NCBI RefSeq assembly: GCF_009914755.1
Contig: NC_060932.1
From: the human T2T-CHM13v2.0 reference genome, Homo sapiens
Strand: one strand, 5' to 3'
DNA length: 64,000 nucleotides
This document shows, piece after piece, positions 14,422-64,000 of this stretch (position 1 is its first letter; every line of letters begins with the position of its first letter). A program made the translations under genes and the position numbers. Below the pieces are notes generated by a model that had not been told where the DNA came from, searched no databases, and saw only the letters and a list, made by a program, of their open reading frames with translations.

Positions 14422-14908
14422 CAGTGGTCCCCAACATTTTTGGCACCAGGGACCAGTTTCCTGGAAGACAATTTTTCCACGGATGTTGGGGGAATGGTTT
14501 CGGGATGATTCCAGTGCATTACATTTATTGTGCACTTTATTTCTATTATTAACACATTGTAATATATAATTAAATAATTATACAACTCACCATAAGGTAG
14601 AATCAGTGGGAGCCCTGAGCTGATTTTCCTGCAACTAGACAGTCCCATCTTGAGGTGATGGGAGACAGTGACAGATCGTCAGGCATTAGCTTCTCATAAG
14701 GAGCACACAACCTAGAGCCCTCAAATGCACAGTTCACAAGAGGATTCATGCTCCTATGAGAATCTAATGCCTCCACCGATCTGACAGGAAGTGGAGTTCA
14801 GGTGCTAATGTGAGTGATGGGGAGTGGCTGTAAATATACATGAAGCTTCACTCACTCGCCCACCACTCACCTCCTGCTGTGCAGCCCATTTCTTGCAGGC
14901 CACAGACT
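14422..14908 (+). mobile_element. MER1A hAT-Charlie element (3' end truncated)
   Basis: CAGTGGTCCCCAACATTTTTGGCACCAGGGACCAGTTTC...GAAGACAATTTTTCCACGGA start. Confidence 0.85.
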
Positions 14909-15154
14909 GCAGAGTCCTCCAGAGGATCCAGTATCTCAGGGAGGGGGTCATGGGAGGAAATAGGGAGTCCGGGGCACAGAGGCTAAAATAATCTTTGAAA
15001 ATGTATTGTTAAGAAACAGATCAGATCTTCAGATATCCCTTACTCCATAGCTGGAGACTGCCCCTCCCTTACTTGAGCAGAAGACAGAGTCACTAGGCTG
15101 GGGATCACCCGGCACAACTGTGAACAATGGTATCAAACTGAAAATAAAGGAATA

Positions 15155-15469
<315 letters not shown>

Positions 15470-15929
15470 TCATTTACACTTGAAAGGCTACTTCCATCCA
15501 GCCCAGCTTTTACTGGGTTCCCAAACGGCAGGCAGCCAGGATTTTGCCTTCCAGGCAGAAGACTGGAAGATTCCTCCCTGGGGACTCAGTTTAAGAAAAA
15601 GACCAACTGATACAGACATCTGGTTTCCCTGAGACATCTGATTTCCCCAAGGAAACAGCGGGGCAGATGGTTTGAAACCCTTAGCAGAGGTTTCAGCCCT
15701 AGGTGCAGACAGGAATCCACTGGGGAGCTTTAAAAAAAAAAAAAAACTGATGCCTGGGGTCCACCCCACAATTCTGGTTTAATTGTTCTGTGGTAAGGTC
15801 ATTGAGAAGTTCAAAAGCACTAGATGATTCTAATCTCAACCAAGTTGGGCACCACTGGCCGTTGGTGAAGCTCACTGTTAATAAGCATTGCTCATCTGCT
15901 CAGTACTCCTGATATGCTTTTTAACACCC

Positions 15930-16900
15930 CTCTCCAAAGTGGGAGCAGACAAGGATCACCAGACATTTCAGAAACAGACAGAGACCAAAACAAACCAAAA
16001 AAGCAGATTGGGAGGAATGCATGCAGAAAGAAGAAAGTATATATTGTATTTTTTTCATCATTGACATCCTCAGAGAAATAGAAGAAAAATTATTGCAATA
16101 ATAACAAGATGATATTTTTAAATGAACACTGAGAGAACATAAAAAGAACTCTTAGAAATTCAAACTCTGATGGGAGAAATAAAAAATCCAATAGAGGGAT
16201 TAGAAGATGAAATTGAGGCAGCTTCCTAAAAAGTAAAGCAAAAAGCCAAAAGATGAAAAATAGGAGAGAAACAAGACTTTTAGAGCAGCTGTTCAGTAAG
16301 CCTAACATCTGAATGAAACAAGTTCCAAAATAAAAGAACACACACATTTTTAAAAATGGAGAGGAAATCATCAACAAAATAATTCAAGAAAATATTCCAT
16401 ACTTAAGATATGAGTTTCCAGATCTAAGAGCCCATCAAGTTCCTAACACAAAGGGAGGAAGTTGGGTTCACAATAAAACATATTTTCAGGACATTTCAGA
16501 ACATTCAAACAATGTACAAATCCAGAGAGAAGAACAAAAGTTACTTTAAAAAGACCATATGTGAGAATGACTTTAAACTACAACCACACAGGAAACTAGA
16601 AGTAATCCCTTCCTAAATTTTGAGGGAAAATTATTTCCAACCTAGAATTCTATACCAAGCTTGAAGGTAGAATAAGGACATTTTCAGATAAAGTGGTTTT
16701 TTTTTTTAATGCTTCCCTTGTTTTCATTACCAGAAAGCTGTAAGAGGGTGTGACATACCAAAGTTAAAAGAAATCCAAGAGGAAGACATTGGACACTAGG
16801 AAAAGGAGATTTATGTAGACCAGAGACAGAGGAATTCCCAAGATGATACTGAGTTCCCGAGAGATTTCTCCAGGAAGTGAAATTAATACTTTGAGCATAT
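15930..16900 (+). mobile_element. Ancient L1/HAL1 ORF1-region remnant
   Basis: A-rich, with motifs such as aattcaagaaaatattcc and gaaaattatttccaacctagaattctatacc. Confidence 0.6.
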
Positions 16901-17097
16901 TAGGAGATTTATGCAATTAGCAGCGTTTGAATTTAATTAGATATACATAAGTGCATAGAAAGCAAGGAAAAAAGCAAAAAGGACAAAAGAAGTAAAACAA
17001 AAATTCACCAAGAAAGGAAAAATAATCACAGTTTACTAATAAATGAATAGCATTTTTAGTCTTTAAAATAATAATGAACACAGGAAATTAGGATGTA

Positions 17098-17440
17098 TAG
17101 TAGTCTCTCTATAAAGTTTTGCTTTAGTGGTATGTTACCCCAAAAGTCTTCAATGGAAAATTCAAAAAATAAGCAATTCATAAGTTTTCAATTGCACACT
17201 GTTTTGAGTAGTGTGATGAAAGCTTGTGCTGTCCTCCTCTGTCCTGTGGAGACATGAATCATCCCTCTGTTCAGCATCTTCACACTGTCTACACTACTTG
17301 CCCATCAGTCACTCAGTAGCTATAGGGGTTATCACACCAGAAAAAACAACAGATACAGGAGTCGCTACTATCTGTGGTTGCCAGCATCCACTGGGGGCCT
17401 TGGAACATGGCCATGTGGGTGAGCGGGAACCAGTGTAACT
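17098..17440. mobile_element. MER44-type (Tigger-derived) MITE
   Basis: ggaaaattc...aattcataagttttcaattgcacactgttttgagtagtgtgatgaaa; ggcatccactggggg-like end. Confidence 0.65.
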
Positions 17441-17637
17441 CCACTGGAAAGATGAGGGATGGGACTTGTGGGTGGTACAGAGAGAAGGGGCCCCAGATCC
17501 TCATCTTCCATGGTCAATCCATGGATACTTTCGAAGGCTCAGCAATTGATTAGCAACACAAGCTTGTTATTTAAGAGATGACGGACACAAAGGACCATAT
17601 CTGGTAGGAAATATCCAGAATAGGCAAATCCACAGAC

Positions 17638-18463
17638 TGATGCAGGTGAACCCCAAGACTGGGGCTCACCCGGGGAGAGTTCTTGGCTTCACCCAAGAAA
17701 GAATTCAAGAGCAAGCTTGCAGTGAAAGAAAGAAAGTTTGGCCGGGTGTGGTGGCTCACTCCTGTAATCCCAGTACTTCGGGAGGCCAAGATGGGTGGAT
17801 CACTTGAGCCCAGGAGTTCAAGATCAGTCTGGGCAACATGGAGCAACACTGTCTCTGCTAAAAATACAAAAATTAGCCCAGCTGGTGGCACACGTCTATA
17901 GTCCCAGCTACTCAGGAGGCTGAGGTGGGAGGATGCAGTGAGCCATGACCATCCCACTGCACTCCAGCCTAGGCAACAGAGTGAGACCCTGTCTCAAAAA
18001 AAAGGATGAAAGAAAGTTTATTAGAGCAACAGCATACAGCAAAATAGCTGCTCCACAAAGCAGAACTACCCCATAGGCAGAGGCCCAGAGCAGCACTGGT
18101 GGACTGCTGGTGGACTAGCTATATTTATACACACTCTTAATTATATGCTAAATAAGGGGCAGGTTATTCACAAACTTTCTGGGAAAGGGGCGGGGAGTTC
18201 CCAGAACCATATAAGGTAACTTCCAGGTTATTGCCATGACATCATAAACTGCTATGGCACTGGTAGGAGTGCCATATAATGCATATAATGCAAATGTATT
18301 ATAATTAGTGTATAATGAACAATTAGAGCAATGAGAAGTCACTTACATGGCCTGTTGGTCCTAGCTGGTGTGGGCTAGTTTCTTTGCTATTAGTTCATTC
18401 TGCTTTGATCAGCAGGGTGGTGACCAAGGTGGGGAAAACAAGTCCTGCTGATCTCCTGCCTCA
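17638..18463 (-). mobile_element. ERV1 solo LTR (MER66-like) with an Alu at 17740-18004
   Basis: Minus strand starts TGAGGCAGGAGATCAGCAGGACTTG; flanks AGAC/AGGC; Alu TSD aaagaaagttt. Confidence 0.7.
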
Positions 18464-18565
18464 AGGCCAGGGCTAGCAAGAACAGGGAGGGCCGGGAGGG
18501 AAAGGGGATGGCAAGGAGGGAGGAGGGTCTATTTGGGGGTGATGAAATATTCTCAGATTGACTGC

Positions 18566-19045
18566 GGCCAGGTGTGGTGGCTCATGCTTATAATCCCAGC
18601 ACTATGGGAGGCTGAGCAGAAGGGTTACTTGAGCCCGGGAGTTTAAGACCAGCCTGGGCAACACAGTGAGACCCCATCACTACAAAAAATAAAAAGCTGT
18701 GGCTGGGTGCAGTGGCTCACACCTGTAATCCCACACTTTGGGAGGCCGAGGAGGGTGGATCACCTGAGGTCAGGAGTTCTAGACCAGCCTGGCTAACATG
18801 GCGAAACCCATACAAAAATTAGCCAGACGTGGTGGTGGGTGCCTGTAATCACAGCTATTCAGGAGGCTGAGGCAGGAGAATTGCTTGAATCTGGGAAGCG
18901 GAGATTGCAGTGAGCCGAGATCACACCACTGCACTCTAGCCTGGATGACAGAGTGAGACTCCATCTCAAAAAAATAAAAAAAGTTAGCTGGGTGTGGTGG
19001 TGCCTGCCTGTGGTCCCAGCTACTGGAGTATTGCTTGAGCCAGGC
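18566..19045 (+). mobile_element. Nested Alus (AluS at ~18701-18983 inserted in the middle A-tract of an older Alu)
   Basis: Left arm, then a complete dimer, then resumption at ttagctgggtgtggtgg. Confidence 0.85.
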
Positions 19046-20842
19046 TAGGGGTGCCAGCAAGGTCCCATGTGGGGCACAGCCTGGGCCCTGGAGCAGCGAT
19101 CCAGAGCCTCAGGTACAGGGTTGCCAGAGACCCGGACCTAGGTGGTACCTCAGGTGGCCCCTCTGAGGAGAGCAGGCCAAGGGGCATGAGCGTAGCCACC
19201 TGCCCATCCCTGCCCTCACCCCGCCCCTCTCTGGCCCAGTGGCCTTTGGAGACCCTCTCCCTTGGTCCCGCCCACCTGAGGCGGAACCCGTCTTTGGGTG
19301 GCACCTGCGCAGCTGTCCCCTCCCTGACTACTCCCCACTGCCCAGCGGGCGCACCTCTGGCACCCCCAGAAACAGGCCCCTCTTGGGTCATTGCCTCCTG
19401 CTCCCCACGCTTGTGACTCTCGGGGACCCCAGGCACTTTGGCCTTTGTGGGGCCTTTCCTCCAGAAAAATATGAAAAGTTATCACTTAAGACTGTGTTGG
19501 TATAAAGAATATATTAGTACATTTTTATCTTAGGCATTAAGACATTCTCTTAAACCTACAAGTGTATTTTTTTCTTCTGATTTTAGAATATAGTCAAATG
19601 CTTTCGTGGCCCTTCAATATATATTGTGGGCCTTGGGCCCAGTGCACTGGGTGGCTGCCCTGCTCATAAACCTTCTGTGGCTCCCTGGTGCCCACTGTAG
19701 TAAGACGCTTGCTTCAATGTCCAGTGCTATCACAGACGAGTGAACAAAATGCCACCACAGCTCAGAGGAGAGGAGATTAGAGACTCATCCTAGATCCATC
19801 CACCCAGAACATTTCACTGTTATGTGCCAGGAGGACGACAGAGCGAGATTCTGTCTCAAAACAAAACAAACAAAAAAATTGTGCAGGTTTGCCTAGCACC
19901 CACACTGACTGAGGAAAGTAGCTAAACTAGTACTGTAGATTACTCTAGAATGGGAAACAGTACATGTTAATGGATATAATACCTACTGCGTTTAATGTAG
20001 TCAAATGTCATGATGGCCAGAATAAAACTTCTGATATGCATATGACATTGTAGGCATTAAACTAGCACAATTCTCAGGACCACCCTAGAGAGGTAGCTAT
20101 TTTGAGTATTCCCTGTTATGAGGACACATGAGACTTGCTCAAAGTCATACGGAGTTAAAGAGGGAGACCAGAATAAACTACACTCCACTGCCTAAAGCCT
20201 GTCTTTTAAGTATTCAAACTACTACTGCCTTTGCAGACAGTATATGAGACATGGAATCAGTGTTAGAGATCATCTGTTTCAATTTTCTCATTGTACTGAT
20301 GAGGAAAATAGAGTTTCAAAGAAGAGATATGGCTTGGGTCTCCTGACCCTTGACCCACAGATCTTCGCATTGTACCTTCTATGATTGAATCTTACTCTGA
20401 AGTTTAAAATATGCTTCGAACAGTAAGAACTTCAAAACTGCAGTTAACTGCAATCTCAAATGGAACCAGAAGGACATTTCAACTCAAAAGACCTAGATTT
20501 GAGTACAAATGTCATTAATCCTTATGACAAGTCTAAAATACTTGCAGCAATCTTAAAATGGTCCAGAATGCTTCTTAGCCCAAATCTTTAAAGTGAGAAG
20601 CCAGCCAGTTGAAAAGTTCCACTTATCTATGTTGAGGGCTGTGGAAATGGGGCAGTGGCGAGTTAATTATGGGCATGTTTGGTGGAAGAGATGAGGCAAT
20701 GGATTTCTCTAAATTGTGAAGAAAGGCTGGGGCATAGGCACACTAACCAGGTGCGTTTTAGAGACTAGACTGGGGTTCAAAGGATTTACCTACACCAGAG
20801 CAGACTCATACCTCCCTCCAGTGGGCAGTAATTAATCCCAGC

Positions 20843-21176
20843 TGATATGGTTTGGTTGCGTCCCCACCCAAATCTCATCTTGAATTCCCACGTGTTGTGG
20901 GAGGGACCCAGTTGGAAGTAACTGAATAATGAGGGCAGGTCTTTCCCGTGCTGTTCTCATGACAGTAAGTGTCATGAGATCTGATGGTTATTTTAAGGGG
21001 GACTTTTCCTGCAAAAGCTCTCCTCTCATCTGCCACCAAGTGAGATGTGCCTTTCACCTTCTCCCATGATTGTGAGGCCTCCCCAGCCACATGGAACTGT
21101 AAGTCAATTAAACCTCTCTTTCATAAATTGCCCAGTATTGGGGTATTTATTAGTAGTGTGCAAATGGACTAATACA
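20843..21176 (+). mobile_element. THE1A/B solo LTR
   Basis: TGATATGGTTTGG...CCCCACCCAAATCTCATCTTGAATTCCCACG...ATGGACTAATACA; TSD CCAGC/CTGGC. Confidence 0.9.
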
Positions 21177-21414
21177 CTGGCTAAGTCCATGCCTACCCCC
21201 CATAATACTTCACTCCAAGGACAGACATGAGAACTACAGATAGAGTTGGCAGAGAAGATGCCTGCTTGCTCTCTTTGGCTATCTGACTGGCAAGTACTAG
21301 CTCTGAGGTTGAATCATCTTTTGGCAGCAGAGCTGTCTCCTTTGATCACACTGCAGCCCTCAGCTTCAATCACACTAGGTTCTCAGATAAACCTACTCTT
21401 GGATCTAGTGGAAG

Positions 21415-21735
21415 GAGAGGAAAATTCTTTCTGGAAAGGGCCAGATAGTAAATATATTTTAGCTTTTGAGGGCCATATGGTCTTTGTCACAACTCAATTC
21501 TGCTGCTGTCATGCAAAAGTCTCGATAAATAATGTGTCAACAAATGAGTGAGGCTTAGGTTCCAATAAAATTTTATTTATGAACACTAAAATTTGAATTT
21601 CATATGCTTTTCTCATGCCACAAAATATTATTCTTTTGATTGTATTCAACCTTTTTAAAAACCATTTTTAGCTCACAAGCTGTACAAAAACAGACGGTGA
21701 GTAAATTGGCCCACAGACCGGTTTGCTAGCCCCTG
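21415..21735 (+). mobile_element. MER58B hAT-Charlie MITE
   Basis: aaagggccagatagtaaata...ttccaataaaattttatttatgaacac...tttgctagcccctg. Confidence 0.85.
21572..21577 (-). terminator. Candidate distal polyadenylation signal (inside MER58B)
   Basis: AATAAA on minus ~1.9 kb beyond the proximal site, with downstream tttgttg. Confidence 0.5.
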
Positions 21736-22059
21736 GGCTTAAGAGATCTGTCCACTTACTCCTCAACATGCAGAGTGTGAACTGTGTGAACTGCATAGGC
21801 CACAGCAATCTTACTGCATCCATTCCCGCTGCATCATTATTTTTGATTTGTATTCATTCAGTCCACCGAAGCATTCACTTGGCACCTCTCCAAATCTGGG
21901 TACTGTGCAAGATCCTTCCTTGGGACACTGAAGGAAAATCAGACACGGCCCTTCTCTCAAGTTCGCAGACTCTCCGGTATCCAGATACTACGGCTCTCAT
22001 AGTATCAGAAAACACAGCCACAAGCGCAGGTAAGTATCAGAGGTGTTTTACGAGATACA

Positions 22060-22505
22060 TGTATCAGATTCTTAAGGCTGCTGTACCAAAATACCACAAA
22101 CTGCATGGCTTAAAACAACAGAAATTTATTCCCTCACAATCCTGGAGGCCAGATGTCTGAAATCAAGATATTGGTAGGGTTGGTTCCTTCTCGAGACTCT
22201 GAGGGAGAATCTGTGACATGCCTGTTTTCCTAGCTTCTAGTGACTTCCTCCAATTCTTAGGGTTCTTTGGCTCATAGATGCATTGCTCTAATCTCTGCCT
22301 CCATCTTCCCATGGCCTTCAGCTCTGTGTGTCTATTTCCCCTTCTTTTCTAAGAGCTAGTCATTGAATTTAGGGCCCACCCTACTACAGGTTGATCTCAT
22401 TTCCAGGTCCTTGATTTCATCTGCAAAAACTTTTTCCAAATAATGTCACACGTGGAGATTCCCAGTGAATGTATCTCCTGGGGGCCACTATTCAGCCTAT
22501 TACAC
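22060..22505 (-). mobile_element. MLT1-type MaLR LTR
   Basis: ggctgctgtaccaaaataccacaaactg...ggcttaaaacaacagaaatttatt...ctggaggccaga. Confidence 0.8.
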
Positions 22506-23434
22506 TATTCTTAGAAGATGCCTAGAAGGATATGGCCAATGTTATCCAGAAGGCTTCATGAAGGAGGTAATAGAAGCTAACCCTTCAAAGATGAAAGTTG
22601 GCGTTCATTAGAGGGTCACAAGGGGAGGAAGGGAATGTCAGGTTCAGGGACCAGCCAGACCAGAGCTAAGGAAGTGACATCACATGGAACAATTTGTGAA
22701 CAGCAAGCAGTAGGGCCTGGCTGCAGGACAGGGTGTGAAGTGGGGGAGCAGTGATCAGGAGGGCCAGAGAGATCAGCAGGGATGTGATCTTGAGAAGCTG
22801 TGTGTGCCATGATCTGGCCCTATTAATCCAGAAGGGTCTGATGGAAGCCTCTGTGATTCTCTTCCATGGTTAAACATTTTAATTGTATTATACCTCGGAT
22901 ATTCCTAAATATTTAAAACACTGGCATGGTTGAACTAGACAACCTTTAAGTAGTTTGTTCCAACCATGAGATTTAGATTTCATGATTTAGGTTTTATGAT
23001 CTTAAACTGAAACCTGTTAGTTTTCTACCACTAGTGAGATCATGGCCTCTGCTTTTCTCCTGGGAAGTCCCTCTTATAATCACTCTCTTCCCATGATTAA
23101 AGGGCTACTCTGCCTTCATGTTGCTACCCGCTCCCCTGGAAATGGAGAATCAAGCAAGGATGTGGTTTTCCTTCCATTACTACATCCATACAAGAGTAAA
23201 TCAAGAATAAAAGTCCAGTTAATGAAAAGATCACTGGTCTTAATATACTTAGCAAAATTTTAAAGGCAATTAAAAGTATATACATAGACAATGATCAAAA
23301 TTCTAATGAAAAGACCCGGCTCTCCCCTAAAAGAAGAAAAAATCATGTAATGTATATATGCATTCCATAAAAACATACATGGGGAAAACTTCAGAAGCCT
23401 AAAAACAAAACATCAGTAAACCAAGCCACACTTA

Positions 23435-24103
23435 GAAAAATGAAAGCTGATTTTTATTTTATCATCAACAGCCATTCTTTAGACATGAACATGCATACGT
23501 AATATTCTACGCACACATCACAGCTTTTAACGTTAGTTAATAAAGGTTAAACACACAACATACATCCTTACAAAAAAAGTCAAAATGCAAACTTAAAACT
23601 TTAAACAAAAGTATTACTAATTTAAAAAAAGTTTGTGTTGGGTACCATTTGTACAACACAGTTAATTTAAACATTTTCATTTTGGTTGCACATGAAAAAG
23701 GCGGCAGTAGAAAATAAAGTCATTGAGGGTTTTTAAATAGCAGAATAGGCAGTTTTGCCATGCAGGAGAAGCAATATTAAATATTAGTTTCAAAAAAAAT
23801 CCACATTTAAAAATATTTAGTTCAAGTCACAGAATTTTTCTCAGTAGAGACCCCAATGCAATGCATAATTAGCTGCCTTAGATGGCCCGTTTGAAAGGAT
23901 GATATCCCTTCAGAGTGTAACTTTACTGATTTTGGCACAGAAAAGAAGTCTTAAGAACATGATTAAAAAAGAGGGAAGAGGAACAGAGGAAAGAAATAAA
24001 AGCAAGAATAAATGAGATAGTAATTGCAATCACTAAAAAACTGCATTCTCAGTCATTGCAGAATACTGTCTTCTGTCTACAGCAGGTGCTTATTCCAGAA
24101 TTG
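23435..24103 (-). other. CYRIB: CYRIB 3'UTR (short form; 3' end approximate)
   Basis: Repeat-free AU-rich sequence running from the stop codon to just past an AATAAA. Confidence 0.8.
23453..23458 (-). terminator. Proximal polyadenylation signal of CYRIB
   Basis: AATAAA on minus, followed ~25-55 nt downstream by a GU/U-rich tract (tgtggcttggtttactgatgttttgttttt). Confidence 0.75.
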
Positions 24104-61421
<37,318 letters not shown>

Positions 61422-62335
61422 GTTAAGGTACCTGTCAAGACAAGAATGAGAAAAGAGAAAATATCCCTTTATAAAAAAGAACATCTGAAGTTTACTTAAA
61501 GAAAAATAGTAACAGGGAAAATGTTCATTAGGCCATGAATTCATTCTTCAGGTTACCCAGACTGTGCTCTGGCAGACAGCAAAACGGGTTCTCAAGGTGT
61601 TGATATGTAGGACCTAGAGGTGAAATGTGGTTTTCCTGTACACAATGGCACAACTGTTGCTCTAATTCTTCTCAAAATTCTCCCAAGACAAGTTTCATTA
61701 ATGGCCTTATAATGAAAAATTCTTTAAGTATTCCAATAGTGCTAATATTCTGAAAAAGAAATTTCTGATCAAGAATTATTTACATGTAGTACTGTTAGTA
61801 TAGCACTGAAACAACAATTTATTTCAAAGCCAAATATTAATACATTTGGCCATGTCTCACCTTTGCATCTCATCTTAAAACAGTATAAAACTTTCTTCCT
61901 GCATGCGGTTCAATAAAGCATATATTTCTAACCAAATTTGGATTGTCAATAATTTGTGGAGGTACGGAGACTACTGATTCAAGGTATGCAGCACAATTCT
62001 GATTTTTAAAATAAAATTATTACAGGATTATAAGCGAATATTGTTTGACATAGTCACTAAAGCATACTATTAGAATGTTCATCATAAGGCTACTTGCTTC
62101 ATGGACTAATGAAAGGACAGCACTGGCTACACACTCAACATGATTTTAGCAAATGAAAAACTAAATTATACATATGATGGTGATGTTTGCCTACGATTAA
62201 GAAAAAATCATGCAACCTTTGTTTGATTCCCATGTTTAATTAACAAATATTCTGGCTGGCCTTCACTGTGGTGAGTATAATTCATCTTTCACCTTTACCA
62301 TTATGCACCAGCTGTGAAGGGCTAAAGAGACTTAC

Positions 62336-62408
62336 TTTCAAAGTCCAAGAAAAAATGTGCTGCATTGTGGTCTATGTCCCTGGTTAGCACCTTAATGAGA
62401 TTACCCAT
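62336..62408 (-). CDS. CYRIB: CYRIB alternative (duplicated) first coding exon (whole exon 62336-62418)
   Basis: tttttatttttag|gtttgctggcATGGGTAATCTCATTAAGGTGCTAACC...TTCTTGGACTTTGAAA|gtaagt; encodes MGNLIKVLTRDIDHNAAHFFLDFE plus 1 nt. Same length, leader and phase as the canonical exon. Confidence 0.9.
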
Positions 62409-64000
62409 GCCAGCAAACCTAAAAATAAAAATGGCAACATCATTTAGTTCCAGTAAAAAATTTTAAGCAGAGGCCTGGGATTTGGCAAAGGCTGGCTTGC
62501 TCATAATTATCAACAGGTGCAGGTTTATATGCTTTTGGCATTGAGAATTTGGAACAACAAAAGCACATTTGGCTCTGAGTTTATAGCTCCTGTCCCTCTT
62601 TTCCACATATCAAAAAAGTTACATAAAGCAAGATGGGAAAAAAGATTAGATTTTGACATATAACTTGCAATATTTACATTTTATTACTATCTATGTTAGT
62701 GTTACTCCTTTAAAATTTTTGAGGCATATATTTCTCAATTTAACAGCAAAACTAGATTTCTCAAATAAGTAACTATAGAAACCATTTTTTTAAATAATAG
62801 GGATATTTTCCTTCTTGCAGAGTCAAATCCTATTGGGAACACAAAGAAGAAAGTATTCAAACCACATTTAACCATTAAAGCCTAAAGAAAGTTATCAATT
62901 AATGACCCATCTAAAAAAACTTTACCACACATAAAATGTTTTTGATATCTTCTGTCTCCTAAGATTAATCAAACTTATTATTTAACTCTTAGACTGAATA
63001 ATCAACTATACACAACTATACCATGTATGGAACTTAAAAGTTAACACAGCAAACAGGGAGCCAGCAATTATCACAACTTAGTAGGTTTGCGGAGGACAAA
63101 AAGTGAAAATACGGCATTGGCATAAATGTTGCCCAAGATTTCCATAATGCAGTGAGGATGAAAGTGGGAAATGGGGTCAGAAACATCCAGGAAACCAGGT
63201 TCAAACCTGGAAGGTAGAGTAACAAAAGGGGAGGCAAACTATGGTATCACGGCTACCCACATCCTCCTCCCTCCAACTGCTGTACTTTTCCTCCAATTGC
63301 TATGTGTTTTTCTCCAAAGATCCCGTTGCTGGCAAATGTAAATAAGGCAAAACATAAAACAATATTTTTATTAAGAAAAAAGACAACTTGCCACTCACTC
63401 TCATTATAAGAAGCTTGAAAAAAGTTAGCACTTCCCGTCACCTGTGGCATCCCCCTCTTCCACCTACTCTCCAACATCAGCATATGTTTCTAACTGTAAG
63501 CTTCCCATGAGGAAATACAAATAGCTATTTGCTTTAGAGGTCAAAGTCTGATGTACGGAAACACAAATTTCTTATAAAATGTTAAAAGCAATCCAATTTA
63601 TTCATATATGGTAAGTACTGAATGGTTCTTCCCTTTTGAAACAATATTCCCCCAATGGGGGAGGTGGAGATCTATCTTCTTCTTATATTAACATTTCTAT
63701 TACACAGAATTTCAATGGTCTGATTTTGTACAATACTTTACACAAGTGGATTAGGTGACATTAAGCTAAGAGGGAAATATTTAATATTTTGACTTAATTA
63801 CTGTATACATTGTAAAACATTTAATAATACCAAGCTTTTATATTAAAGGAAAAGATAAACATTTTTCCTAAATCATCACACCCAAATAATTATCTCAAAT
63901 TGGTTACTAAAGTTCTTCAATAGATGTTGGAAGAAACCATTTGGAAATAGCATATTTCACAGCTTTAATTTTTAAAAGCTTTCCAACATATATGGAATGA

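Noticed and set aside
21723-22160. 145-aa plus-strand ORF
   Set aside because: It is stitched from MER58B, L2 and MLT1 sequence, with no recognisable domain.

Overview
This is primate, almost certainly human, genomic DNA (Alu-dense, spliced gene), not prokaryotic. Positions ~21.5-64 kb hold the 3' part of CYRIB (FAM49B, CYFIP-related RAC1 interactor B) on the minus strand. I traced ten GT-AG coding exons (73+122+106+137+78+117+80+127+71+64 = 975 nt) giving the complete 324-aa protein, from [10 protein letters not shown] to KQIKSMLQ*. Positions 1-21.5 kb are repeat-rich sequence downstream of the gene: Alu, THE1/MST/MLT1 LTRs, ERV1 LTRs, hAT MITEs and old L1. The introns contain an antisense RPL15 processed pseudogene with the long 3'UTR, a sense SNORA25-like H/ACA snoRNA copy and a 1000-bp solo LTR13. 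The most striking signal is missed by the ORF track: a second, duplicated start-codon exon at 62336-62418. It has the same 83-nt length, 10-nt leader and phase as the canonical exon, and encodes MGNLIKVLTRDIDHNAAHFFLDFE, which keeps Gly2 but lacks Cys10. It lies among RBFOX/QKI motifs and other candidate cassette exons, suggesting an N-terminal lipidation switch. Repeat subfamily names and parent-gene comparisons are from memory of consensus sequences, not from searches, and some findings may already be annotated.
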